A stretch of DNA of 64,000 bases from Armatimonadota bacterium (lineage in GTDB: Bacteria > Armatimonadota > UBA5829 > DTLH01). The notes under the pieces are model-generated. The model searched no databases, was not told the origin of the DNA, and was given only the letters and a program-made list of their open reading frames with translations. The stretch lies in contig JBBRAE010000010.1 in NCBI GenBank assembly GCA_038207085.1, positions 23,661 to 87,660 of the forward strand. The letters run 5' to 3'. Numbering within the stretch: the stretch's first letter is position 1; the number at the start of each line of letters is the position of its first letter. A program made the position numbers and the translations under genes. Shown here in pieces: positions 1-10,400 of the stretch.

Positions 1-309
1 CGTGTAGCCAAGCTGCCAAATCCCGCCAAGGGAGTTCGCATTTGCTGCGCCAACGAAGTTTGACCAGCTTGCGCCGGGAACGATTGAGAACACGCCAGGA
101 ACGGCAGTGATGACGTCGCGTTCGGTTCCGGCATAGCCGAGGAAGTTAGTGTCAACGCCGTTGCTGTTACCAGCATACGCCTGGTAAACAAGGAAGTCAG
201 TGCCCTCATGGACGATGGGAAGAACCTGGATTCTGGCAGCCATTGCCGGCAGGCATACGATGGCCAGAGCGATTGCGAAAGAAACTACGTACCTCTTTGT
301 TACTTGCAT
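1..309 (-). CDS. Secreted hypothetical protein (runs off the left edge), paralogous to the C-terminal domain of the 7409..11917 protein
   Basis: Not in the ORF track. ATG at 309 with a GAGGAG SD; open to position 1: MQVTKRYVVSFAIALAIVCLPAMAARIQVLPIVHEGTDFLVYQAYAGNSNGVDTNFLGYAGTERDVITAVPGVFSIVPGASWSNFVGAA...GYT. Sec signal peptide ending in AMA. Confidence 0.85.
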   Translation of the reverse strand, partial: MQVTKRYVVSFAIALAIVCLPAMAARIQVLPIVHEGTDFLVYQAYAGNSNGVDTNFLGYAGTERDVITAVPGVFSIVPGASWSNFVGAANANSLGGIWQLGYT

Positions 310-1068
310 TTGGATTGCTCCTCTCCTCATAAGCTTGAGCTTTGATGGAAACGATAATTGTGTGCTGATTGGTAGACTCGCTTTAGCTGTCTCTGTCCCA
401 GACCGGCCAGCACGCTTCGGAATGGTTCGTCTCTGTCCGGGTGCCTCAAACCAAGGGGCGCCTCCCCCTGGTCGTTGGACAAAACTTCCTGGACATAGGA
501 AACAGCCGTTCTTCTTTTGCTCTACGCTATAACATCACCCCCTGCGAGCCACAGATTTGACATCGGGTTGCCAGTTTGATAGCAATTGTATTCTCCCGGC
601 CAATGTGGACGATTTTATGTCAGCTCGCCAACCACCGATCGCATTATACTGTCACTATTACGCGTTGTCAACAGCCATTCTTTATAAATCAGGGTTATTC
701 AAGCAAAATCAGGTATTCTTACCAGTATTTGCAGCTTTTACCCTCTTGGAACTATGCCCAAAGTTGATTCAGACTCGGCCGAATCCAACGCTGTGCTGGT
801 ATTACCCAGCAACAATAGGAGGCAAACATAGTGCCGATAAAAAATGCTATTTGTGGGCGAATTCAGGTATTATTACCTGCTTTCTGAGGTGTAATTGGCA
901 TCTATTCGTTGTCACATGGTCCAATATACGACGATTTATGGCGTTTTTTGCTTAAGAGCTTGAATTACAGCCCTCGCCAGCCCCGGACGGGCAGATTCTC
1001 ATATCGACCTCCGTTCTACTCCTTTGTCACATGCAGGTCCGACCCGTCCCCCGACGCACGTGCCTGAT

Positions 1069-1084
1069 TGGCACGGTTTTTGCA
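1069..1084 (+). promoter_or_regulatory. sigma54 (-24/-12) promoter
   Basis: TGGCACG-GTTT-TTGCA matches the consensus TGGCACG-N4-TTGCW exactly, about 95 nt upstream of the ATG at 1180. Confidence 0.7.
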
Positions 1085-1179
1085 AGTGTGACTGGTGGAT
1101 GTACCAGCACTGGGCCAATCTGAATATATGGACATTGGAACCACTGGTGTTGGCATCCGGATTGAAGGGAGACGGACCG

Positions 1180-2427
1180 ATGCATACCCTTAATTTGCGC
1201 AACATTCCCATAGCCGTGGGCGTGGCTGCCGCACTGGTGACGTGTCTTGCCCCACCAGCGCTCGCGCAGCTCGACGGCGAACACCCCGCTTTCAGAGTGG
1301 ACGCCCGCCGCACTGGAAGATCTGTCTACGCAGGCGCTGATGACTCACTGATCCACTGGAGGACCGACCTCGGGGGAATCCTGTCCTCACCGGCGATCGA
1401 TTCTGACGGGACGATCTACGCCGGCTCGTTCAACTCAACGCTTTACGCGGTAAACCGTGACGGCTCGGTAAAGTGGGAGTATCCGACCGCGGGCTGGATA
1501 TCGTCGTCCCCGGCGATCGGCAAGGACGGCACAGTGTTTGTCGGCAGCCAGGACAACTACCTCCACGCGGTCAACCCCGATGGCACGAACAAATGGAAGT
1601 ATTGGACGGGACAGCCGCCCAGCCTTCCCGCGCCTGTCTACACTTCGCCCGTGATCAGCCGTAACAACGTATTGCTCTTCACCTCCGATCGCGGGATGGT
1701 GTATGCAAACGACGCGGACACCGGAGCATCGCTTTGGACAGCGAACATCGCGCCCTACAGCCTGTCATCGCCGTCCGTTGGGGATGACGGCACAGTCTAC
1801 GTCGGGGACGCAAACGGTGACCTCCACAGCATCAGAGCCGACGGCTCGACCGCCTGGAAGTTTCACACCGGCAACCGAATAGGAACCGCACCCGCGATAG
1901 GAGACGACGGAACGATCTATGTGACCTCGGCTGACGGCAATTGCTACGCGATAAACCCCAACGGCACACGGAAGTGGGCTTACGCCTCGATGGGAGCGAT
2001 CGGCTCCTCGCCGACCATCGGCTACGACGGCACGATCTATTTCGGCTCAAACGACGGCTACTTCCACGCTGTAAACGCCGCCACAGGGACTCGCAAGTGG
2101 ATGTTTATGGTCGGAATGCAAATATCGTCCTCGGCGACCGTCGACATTAACAACAACCTCTACTTCGGCGGCCAGGACGGCAAGGTCTACTCGGTCAACT
2201 CTTCTGGGCTCCTGAGGTGGAAGACGGATGTCGGCAGCAGAATTGACTCCTCGCCCTCCATAGACAGCCTGGGGACGGTTTACATCGGGACTCAGGGCGG
2301 CGAACTGATCGCGATAGGCGACGCCAACCAAGTCGTGGCGAACGCCCCGGAGCCCTCCTCGATCATCCTGGGACTCATCGCAGCCCCCGGAATCTTCGCA
2401 CTGGCAAGGCGCAGGCGAACAAGCTAA
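1180..2427 (+). CDS. PQQ-like beta-propeller repeat protein with a PEP-CTERM sorting signal
   Basis: Signal peptide; repeated SSPAIGxDGTIYxGSxDxxLYAVNPDGxxKW motifs; C-terminus APEPSS + TM helix + RRRR. Start set at ATG 1180 (GAAGGGA SD). Confidence 0.9.
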   Translation: MHTLNLRNIPIAVGVAAALVTCLAPPALAQLDGEHPAFRVDARRTGRSVYAGADDSLIHWRTDLGGILSSPAIDSDGTIYAGSFNSTLYAVNRDGSVKWEYPTAGWISSSPAIGKDGTVFVGSQDNYLHAVNPDGTNKWKYWTGQPPSLPAPVYTSPVISRNNVLLFTSDRGMVYANDADTGASLWTANIAPYSLSSPSVGDDGTVYVGDANGDLHSIRADGSTAWKFHTGNRIGTAPAIGDDGTIYVTSADGNCYAINPNGTRKWAYASMGAIGSSPTIGYDGTIYFGSNDGYFHAVNAATGTRKWMFMVGMQISSSATVDINNNLYFGGQDGKVYSVNSSGLLRWKTDVGSRIDSSPSIDSLGTVYIGTQGGELIAIGDANQVVANAPEPSSIILGLIAAPGIFALARRRRTS

Positions 2428-2456
2428 CGTAACCAATCAATCGGTCCGCAACAAAG

Positions 2457-2491
2457 AAGCGGCGTCCTTCCAATGGAGGGACGCCGCTTTT
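2457..2491. terminator. Intrinsic terminator between convergent genes
   Basis: AAGCGGCGTCCTTCC-AAT-GGAGGGACGCCGCTT followed by T residues. Confidence 0.85.
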
Positions 2492-2512
2492 GGCATTTGG
2501 ATTTGATCGTGA

Positions 2513-5500
2513 CTACATAAGATCCATATCCCAGATATCCCTGGGGCGCACCGTCCGATAGAACTGTCCACCGCTTGAGATAAGGGAACTGATCCCCGTC
2601 ACCGCAACAAACTGCCCCTCGTTCGGGGACAGGACGTTTTCGCAGTCGATTCGCACACCCTTGTAGGGGGAGTTATCCTGCGCGCCGGAGCCGTCGTCGA
2701 TGTAGAAATACAGAGCAGTGGCCTTGGTGACCAGTCCGACGACGCGCACGAGCATCCCGATGTTGTTCAGCCCAACGCCGCCCGGTATCCCCCGCTGTCC
2801 TGCCCCTGTAGCGGCGTCAAAGAGGCCTCCGCCGCCAAGTGTGCGCACGGTCATCCCAAGGGGCTTAGGCACGGTCCCAAGCGTGCTTGCTGCGGTCAGA
2901 GTGAACGGTGTGATCTGCCGCTCGCCGTTTGGCGCAGTGCCAATGGTGCCCTGCAGCGTGACCACTTTGCCACGGGTCATGTTCTCGGTGCTTACGACCC
3001 TGATCCCTGATGACCTGTCGGTTTCCTGGATGTAGAAGTGGTTGCCAAAGTCCTCAACCCCGCCGGAGACAACCTTGCCCGCGAGCGAGACCTCTTCGTT
3101 GTCGCCGAGCGTCTTCACGTAAGCCAAGCTTGGCATTGGACCCGGGCTTGGCATTACACCGAGCAATCCGGCGAAATTCACTCCCTGTGTGCCGATCCCT
3201 CGCACGACGTTGACGGTCTTGGAGAGCGGGTTGAACGTCCAGTAGGGTTTGGCGGCGGTGACCACGTGCTTGCCTTCATCCACTTCTGAGACCAGATAAG
3301 TGCCGTCGACACCCGTCCGCGCCGAGGCCGAAATCCCGCTGACCGCCACGTTGATACCGGCGACGGGGTGCTGCCCGGACAAATACTCAATCTTGTCGCA
3401 GACAAAACCGTAGTCGTTGTCCATTTCATCAGAGGCAAGCTGCACAGTAAGATGGTCCCCGGGAATCCATGAGCTCCACATATCGACTAGGTCACCAGTG
3501 ATCTCGTCGACCACGTTGTCGTTTCCATCAAGCACATAGACATAGTCAAACCCCGACTCGACTAGAAGCGAGGAGAAATGCACCCGCACACTTGGCGCGC
3601 CCACAGGGGCCTGAACGGCGTAGGGTATCGTCGCGTTGTTCGCATAGGGATGCGTGGACTGCACCAGGATCGACTGCTGAACACACGCGCTCGATGTAAC
3701 CGTTCCCGAAACCGACCCAGGCGGAGAAGCTAGAAAGTCCACCCCGCCCGTCGCGCCGCCGCTTGGCACGGAGACGGTCCTGATGTCCGGGTTAAATATC
3801 CAATGCGCAAGAGCCGGAGCAACGGTGTAAGTGACGGGCTCAAGGCCCGCAAACGAGTATGTCCCGTCGGCCTGCGTGACTGCGCTGTGCCCGCCGGGTT
3901 CCGCTGTCACGGTGACGCCTGCAAGCGGCCCGTTGGCGATCGTGTTGGTCTCGTAACCGCTGATGTAGAACCCCCAAAATCCGGGCCCGACATAGCTTGC
4001 GTCAGGCACCAGCACGACCTTCAGAGTGTTGCCGCTCACCCAGTTGCTCCAAACGTCTGAAGCGTCGCCGGTGTAGGTGTTGACGATCGTGCCGTCGGGA
4101 GTTTCTACATAGAGGTAGTCGATATGCCCAAGATCGGTGTTGTTCAGAAGCGCTATCTCCTCGAAGTGCACCCTGATCTGGCTCGCGCCCGGATGGCCGG
4201 TGATCGTATAGACGATCGGCGCGGCGTCGGAATATGGGTGTTCCGTCTCAAGGATATACCCCACGCGACCACCGACGGCCTGGGTAATCGTGCCCGAAAC
4301 GCTTCCCGGTTGCCCTGTCCCAACAAAGTCGACACCCGTCACGGGGTTCTCCGTAACAGTGATCTCCCTTGACGTAGGGTCAAACGTCCAACCCGTCTTT
4401 GATGGGGTGATGGTATATGTGCCGGGTGAAAGCGGCATGGTGTAGCTTCCACTTGCACCGGTGGAGATGGTCTGCGACCCCTCAGAGCCGGTTGCTGTGA
4501 TCGTTGCCCCCTGCACGGGAGCGCCGCTTGCGGTAGTCACCGTTCCAGCGCCGTAGCCCGACGGAAGCATCCCCGAGATAGCGAGCGCGAAAGGCTGAGG
4601 GCCGGATGGGACGTTGGTTCCCGAAACGGTGACGGTGTAGCTACCTGAGACGGGCGAGGCGATGTCGACGCTTTCGACGTTGTTGGTGTTGTCGCTTGTC
4701 CCGTTGCCCCGGTAGAGCGTGCCGGTCGGCCCGGTCACGGTGAGATCGAGGTTGTTGACGAGTTGTTTGCCCGAAAGGGTCGAAGGCGCTGGGTCGGTCC
4801 ACACAAGCGTCACGGCAAGCGGCTCTGCAGACCCTAGCACGTTGTAGACGTAGGTGCGGGATCCGCCCGTCGATATCCCCGCGACCTCATCGGCGCTTGC
4901 CAGCACGCGGGGAAGCGTCGGCACAGGGTTTGAGGCGAAGTTGAGAAGCCCCCACCCTTCGACGTTGTTTGGACGGCTGAACGGAATCTCTTTCTTGGTC
5001 CCGGAGCCGTACTGGCCGGGGAAGATGTCCTTTGCGCCGTTTAGCAGTGTCGCCTTGATCAGCGCCGCGCTCGGCTGGGAACCGCGGCTCTTCATGTAGT
5101 ACTCTCTCACAAGCGCGGCAGCTCCGGCGACCATCGGGGTGGACATACTGGTGCCGCCCCAATACATATAGTTGGAGTTGATCGCCCCCCACCCCGTCGT
5201 CAAAGCAATATGGCTGCGCGCGGAGGCGATGTTCGTGCCGGGCGCACAGATATCGGGTTTGATCCTCCCGTCCTGGCAGGGTCCGCGTCCACTCCAGGCG
5301 ACCATGCCCCGTCCGCGATCGGCGGAGCTTGGAGTATCGGAGATGTAGTCAGTCCTGATCGGGTCGGATGAAAAATCGTCCGGCCAGCCCGAGACGCCTC
5401 CGTAGGTGGCGATCTTGCCGCCGGTCTGGCGAACGCTTTCTGTCGCTCCGACTGTGATGCAGTTCTTGGCCGTCCCCGGAGAGTAGAGCGCACTGAGGTC

Positions 5501-6637
5501 GGTTATGCCGTCCTTGTTTGCGTCGCGGGCGTCATTTCCGGCGGCGAACAGGACGACAAAGTCCTTGTGGTTCCAGCAGAACTCATCCACCTGCTGGGAG
5601 TACATCGAGTATTGACCAGATCCCGGAGTGCCCCAACTGTTGCTGTGGATCCGTGCGCCGTCGTCATAGGCAGGAGAAAACAGGGTGGCGAGGTTGAGCG
5701 GCGGGTAGATAAAGCCGTTTGCGTCGCCGATCGACTGCATCACCAAGCCAGACTCCGGGGCGACGCCCGCGTAGGAGCCCGTGTAGGAATGGCTCGCGGG
5801 GTTGCTCCCCGAAAGCACGCCGGAGCCTGCGGCGATACCCGAGACATGTGTGCCATGTCCGTGGGGGTCGCCCCAGTCGGTCCGGCGCATCGCGTAGCCG
5901 TTCACCAGCCTGCCTGAGAAGTCGGCGGACAGGGTCCCGTCGCTTCCTGTGTCGAGCCCGGTGTCGGACACCGCGATGATCTGTCCCTCGCCATAGAACC
6001 CGGCACGGGTGCGAAACTCGGGAAGACCGACGAGTCCCTGGGCGACGTTGTTTGCGAGCTTGGGCTGTTTCCATTCTTCGATCCACTCCACGCTTTCGAT
6101 TGCGGAGAGGCTCGCAAGCAGGCTGGTCGGAACAATGGCGCGGATGTAGGAGTCTGTCAGTTCGGATTTTCTAAATATCACGCCTCCCCCTAAACGGATC
6201 ACCCGCTCAAGAGTGGCAGAAAGTTCGCCGTCAAAGAGTCTGATCACCACATCAGAGTAATCCCGCCGGGTCGCGCGCAGCCCCGAGTCTATACGCCTCT
6301 CAGGCGCGAGCTTATCGACAAAGCTCACAAAGTCGAGCTTGTGAACCCGTTTCGCCTGCGCGCGCGTCATCTTGACCACAAAGGCGTACTCCGGCACGTA
6401 CTCGCCGATCTCCGCACCTTCGCCTGTGACGGCGGACTTCCACTCGTCGCTGACCGGCCCGTTGAACTGGACGATATAGTAGCGCGGTTTGTCGACGCCA
6501 ACAGCAGTCGAGTCGGTCGAGAACTTCGCCTTGGGTGCGGGTTCGATCTCGCCGGTCCTCAGTCGAATCGGCGCTGCGAAGGCTGTGGCCGACGCGGCAA
6601 CAAGAACAAGCAGGGTGGCAAGAATTCTTCTTCTCAT
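2513..6637 (-). CDS. Secreted S8 subtilase with Ig/carboxypeptidase-regulatory-like and CUB-like modules and a distinctive C-terminal module
   Basis: Signal peptide and prodomain; catalytic triad SDTGLD / HGHGTHVSG / GTSMSTP; TLVWTD and NNVE motifs; two HPY...VHF CUB-like units. Confidence 0.92.
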   Translation of the reverse strand: MRRRILATLLVLVAASATAFAAPIRLRTGEIEPAPKAKFSTDSTAVGVDKPRYYIVQFNGPVSDEWKSAVTGEGAEIGEYVPEYAFVVKMTRAQAKRVHKLDFVSFVDKLAPERRIDSGLRATRRDYSDVVIRLFDGELSATLERVIRLGGGVIFRKSELTDSYIRAIVPTSLLASLSAIESVEWIEEWKQPKLANNVAQGLVGLPEFRTRAGFYGEGQIIAVSDTGLDTGSDGTLSADFSGRLVNGYAMRRTDWGDPHGHGTHVSGIAAGSGVLSGSNPASHSYTGSYAGVAPESGLVMQSIGDANGFIYPPLNLATLFSPAYDDGARIHSNSWGTPGSGQYSMYSQQVDEFCWNHKDFVVLFAAGNDARDANKDGITDLSALYSPGTAKNCITVGATESVRQTGGKIATYGGVSGWPDDFSSDPIRTDYISDTPSSADRGRGMVAWSGRGPCQDGRIKPDICAPGTNIASARSHIALTTGWGAINSNYMYWGGTSMSTPMVAGAAALVREYYMKSRGSQPSAALIKATLLNGAKDIFPGQYGSGTKKEIPFSRPNNVEGWGLLNFASNPVPTLPRVLASADEVAGISTGGSRTYVYNVLGSAEPLAVTLVWTDPAPSTLSGKQLVNNLDLTVTGPTGTLYRGNGTSDNTNNVESVDIASPVSGSYTVTVSGTNVPSGPQPFALAISGMLPSGYGAGTVTTASGAPVQGATITATGSEGSQTISTGASGSYTMPLSPGTYTITPSKTGWTFDPTSREITVTENPVTGVDFVGTGQPGSVSGTITQAVGGRVGYILETEHPYSDAAPIVYTITGHPGASQIRVHFEEIALLNNTDLGHIDYLYVETPDGTIVNTYTGDASDVWSNWVSGNTLKVVLVPDASYVGPGFWGFYISGYETNTIANGPLAGVTVTAEPGGHSAVTQADGTYSFAGLEPVTYTVAPALAHWIFNPDIRTVSVPSGGATGGVDFLASPPGSVSGTVTSSACVQQSILVQSTHPYANNATIPYAVQAPVGAPSVRVHFSSLLVESGFDYVYVLDGNDNVVDEITGDLVDMWSSWIPGDHLTVQLASDEMDNDYGFVCDKIEYLSGQHPVAGINVAVSGISASARTGVDGTYLVSEVDEGKHVVTAAKPYWTFNPLSKTVNVVRGIGTQGVNFAGLLGVMPSPGPMPSLAYVKTLGDNEEVSLAGKVVSGGVEDFGNHFYIQETDRSSGIRVVSTENMTRGKVVTLQGTIGTAPNGERQITPFTLTAASTLGTVPKPLGMTVRTLGGGGLFDAATGAGQRGIPGGVGLNNIGMLVRVVGLVTKATALYFYIDDGSGAQDNSPYKGVRIDCENVLSPNEGQFVAVTGISSLISSGGQFYRTVRPRDIWDMDLM

Positions 6638-6763
6638 TGTAGTTTCATCCTGTTCTCAAATATTGTGGTGCTGATCGATGGCGCTTGTTCCGCCTTCTTT
6701 GCGAGGCGTTCCTCGCCGTCCGAGCTTCTGGCTCAGCCATAAGGGGATTTTACCCCCTTTTGT

Positions 6764-6792
6764 AGTATGCCAAGCAAGCGAGCAAGAGTCAA
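6764..6792 (-). promoter_or_regulatory. sigma70-type promoter for the subtilase
   Basis: TTGACT-N17-CATACT on the minus strand. Confidence 0.5.
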
Positions 6793-6890
6793 CCGGCAAT
6801 TGTGCCGGTATGGGGCCTATAGCAGTGCCGGGTTAAGAACACAAATATTCATTACAGACATATTTCTTCTCTTTTTGCAGCAAGTAACAC

Positions 6891-6920
6891 TTGACAAACA
6901 CATGCAGTCAGGCATAGAAT
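6891..6920 (+). promoter_or_regulatory. sigma70-type promoter for the 1502-aa protein
   Basis: TTGACA-N18-TAGAAT, about 490 nt upstream of the ATG. Confidence 0.6.
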
Positions 6921-7408
6921 GCTGTAACTATTACCGGGTATTGGAGCACCCTACGACCTTGGCGCTAACTTCTCATCAAACGTGAATATTTAGTGACGTT
7001 TTAGCAAAATGAGAAAATGCAAACAGGGTCCAAATTAAGTTTAAGGTGAGCAGCAGGCGGGTAAGACCGTCCCGATGGCAGGATGCCAGCGGTATTAGTG
7101 GGCTGGAGACCTCCGCAGTATAAGCGGAGGCTTAAAAGGGTTTCGCATGTACGTGCACGTGCGCACCCGAATCAATCAGAGCGCAGGCCAGACAAACCGA
7201 GCGTTCCAGGGGCTACCGAGGATAAGCCGCGCGAACAATCCGCGCGCACACCTCTTTCACCTCTCGCACTAAGACAAGCCATGGATGGCGGCTGAGTCTC
7301 AATATTTTTGCCCTCGTTGCGGGCGGACACAAAGTTGAGACCAACGGCACGTCAGTACAAACAAACATTTCCACAATCTTCGAGATCCGGAGGAAAGGAA
7401 GGACTGGA

Positions 7409-10400
7409 ATGAAAGCGCTAGACTTTCGCATGGCGGTGGTGGCACTTGTCTTTGTGACAATACTCACTGCCGCCAGCGGCGCACTCGCCAACACTTTAAC
7501 TCTTACAGGGGACATCGACACCGATTTCCTCGGTAAACCGGGCGTGATCATCAAAGATGGCACGTTCTTCCAACCAAATTATACCAACGGAGGCGCTCCG
7601 TTGGCAGCCTTCAGGCCAAACGGAAGCCGCCTGATTGCAGAGGGGACACAAGTCCCATCAGGTTTTCACGTCAGTAGAGTCGCGGTAAACTACGACTGCA
7701 AGACCGACACCGTGTACGTTGGTTTTGATGTGTCAAACCCGACACTCGACGCTACTCCGTTGCCCACCGGGGAGATATCCCGGGCATGGGACGCGGACGG
7801 CGATGGTGACCCTTGCACTGTCACCAACAGCATGTTGAACGACACAGGCGAAATTGACACGGGTCTGCCGGGAAACGACGACATTCCGACAGCTGACCGA
7901 ATCGAACTGAGCGAGAAGTACATTCTATTCCTCAAGTTTGGAGGACTGAATGTTACACTCAGGACCTACGACGACGGCACATCAATCGCGGATGACGCAG
8001 TATCTCCCAACTTCCTTCACAAGCACTACGGCAACCCGTGTCCAGAGAGCCCAATCATCCACGCGACACTGAGCGCCGTCAATGGAGGCGTGATATCGCT
8101 TCCGGGCAAGGGCGTAGACTTTGACGTAGTCTACGTCAACTCTGGCAAAGCCAACTATGACACACATCGCGACATTGAGTTCGTGATCAAGGGGCTGAAA
8201 AACGTGGTACCTGCAGGCACCAACCTACAAACGCTCTGCAGTATGAACCTGTCGACCTTCACCGACAGCGACTACGACGCATCCAGTGAAGCGAGCCTCG
8301 ATTGGAAGACTTTCGACTTCGTGAGCACAGCAGCTCCAGTCGTGACCTGCGAGAAGAGTGTGGATACCCCACAGCTCAGCTCACTCCCGGCTACCGTCAC
8401 CTATACACTCAAGGCGACGAACGAGAGCCCCGACGGCACGAACGAGAACATCACCATCTTCGACCCCGACCTCGGCGTCGACCAGACATTCACAGGCGTC
8501 GCCAAGGGCCAGACCAAGACCGTCACGGTTCAGAAGACCTTTGGGGCCGAGTTCTGCGGCAGCGCACCTTTTGTCAACACGATGTACGTGAGCGCAGTCC
8601 CCGCCGACTGCTGCTCGACAGGAGCCGCAACATCATCGTGCTCTGCCACCGTCACACCTCCACCGCCCGCGAACGTAAGCGTGAGCTGCACCAAGGTGGC
8701 CGACAAGACTAAGCTCTGCCAACTGCCGGACACCGTTAAGTATACGATCACGGCGCGAAACACTAGCTCCACTGACACTACGGTCACGATGAGGGTAGTC
8801 GACGCGAAGCTTGGAGTCGACCAGACATTCACAGGAGTCAAGCCGGGAGATGTTAAGACCATTGAGGTCAATAAGACTTTCGGAACCGACTTCTGCGGAA
8901 GCGACCCATACGTAAACACTGTAACGGTCTCTGCCACAGCCGAAGGATGGGCCTGCGGAGTCACCTCTGCTACATCGGCATGCACCGCGACAGTCAACCC
9001 GCCCGACCTTGCAAAAGTGAAGGTGAGCTGCACCAAAGTCGCAGACGCGGCAAGGCTCTGCACGCTCCCAACTACGGTGACCTACACAATTACCGCCAAA
9101 AACGACAGCGAGACCGACACGCCCGTCAAACTCTGCATTATAGACCCGCAACTTGGGGTCAACCAGTGCTTTGACAACGTCGTTAAGGGCGAGACCAAAA
9201 CGCTTCAGGTGCAGAAGGTCTTTGGAACCGACTTCTGCGGAAGCGATCCGTTCGTCAACACTGTAACGGTGTCTGCAACTGCTCTGGGATGCGTCTGCGG
9301 AACCACATCGGCGACATCGTCCTGCACGACTACAATCAGCTCGCCTGAGATCGCAAAAGTCGTGGTGAGCTGCAGCAAGGTGGCCGACAAGACCACACTT
9401 TGCAGACTTCCTGATACGGTGACCTACACGCTCACCGCAACCAACAATTCCATCACCGAAACGCCGGTCACACTCTGTATCATCGACCCGGCGCTCGGCA
9501 TCAACCAGTGCTTCACCGCAGTAGCCAAGGGACAGAGCAGAAGCCTGCAGGTCCAAAAGACCTTCGGGACCGACTTCTGCGGAAGCGACCCGTTCGTCAA
9601 CACCATGACCGCATCCGGCGCCGCTGAGGGCTGCGGCTGCGGAACAGTGACGGCGATATCCACATGCTCGGCATCGGTCGCACCGCCGCCCACGGCAAAC
9701 GTCCAGATAACATGCCTCAAAACGGTCGACAAGCCGAAGCTCTGCAGGCTGCCGGAATCGGTGACCTACACTCTGTCGGCGACCAACGTCAGCCCGACCA
9801 ACACACCGGTCACACTCGTGATAAGCGATCCCATCCTCGGGGTCAACCAGACATTCACCGGCGTCGCCAAGGGACAGACCAAGACGGTCACAGTCCAAAA
9901 GACGTTCGGAGTCGACTTCTGCGGAAGCGCGCCGTTCCTGAACACCATGACCGCATCCGCTGGCGCTGAAGGCTGCGTCTGCGGAACACTGACCGCCGTA
10001 AGCACATGCACGACAAAGGTAGAAGCGCCTGACACAGTGATCCCCAAGGTCACCTGCCTTAAGACGGTCGACAAGGTCAAGCTGTGCACGCTGCCTGACA
10101 CCGTGACCTATACGCTGCAGGCAACAAACGACAGCGAGACGAACACGGCTCTTACGCTTCGCATCGTCGACACCAAGCTCGGCGTCGACCAGACCTTCAC
10201 CGGCGTCGCCAAGGGACAGACCAAGACGGTCACAGTCCAAAAGACGTTCGGAGCCGACTTCTGCGGAAGCGCACCGTTCCTGAACACCATGACCGTCAGC
10301 GGAACGGTTGAAGGCTGCGGCTGCGGAACGCTTACGGCCACATCATCGTGCTCGGCAAGCGTAGGTCCGCCCGACACCGTCAAAGTAGATGTCAGCTGCA

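Noticed and set aside
200..955. Plus-strand ORFs 200..532 and 557..955
   Set aside because: They overlap the real minus-strand gene or AT-rich regulatory DNA and have non-protein-like composition.
7185..7222. c-di-GMP-I riboswitch-like fragments (CAAACC...GGGGCTACCGA)
   Set aside because: The GNRA/receptor stems and the GCAAAGC core are absent.
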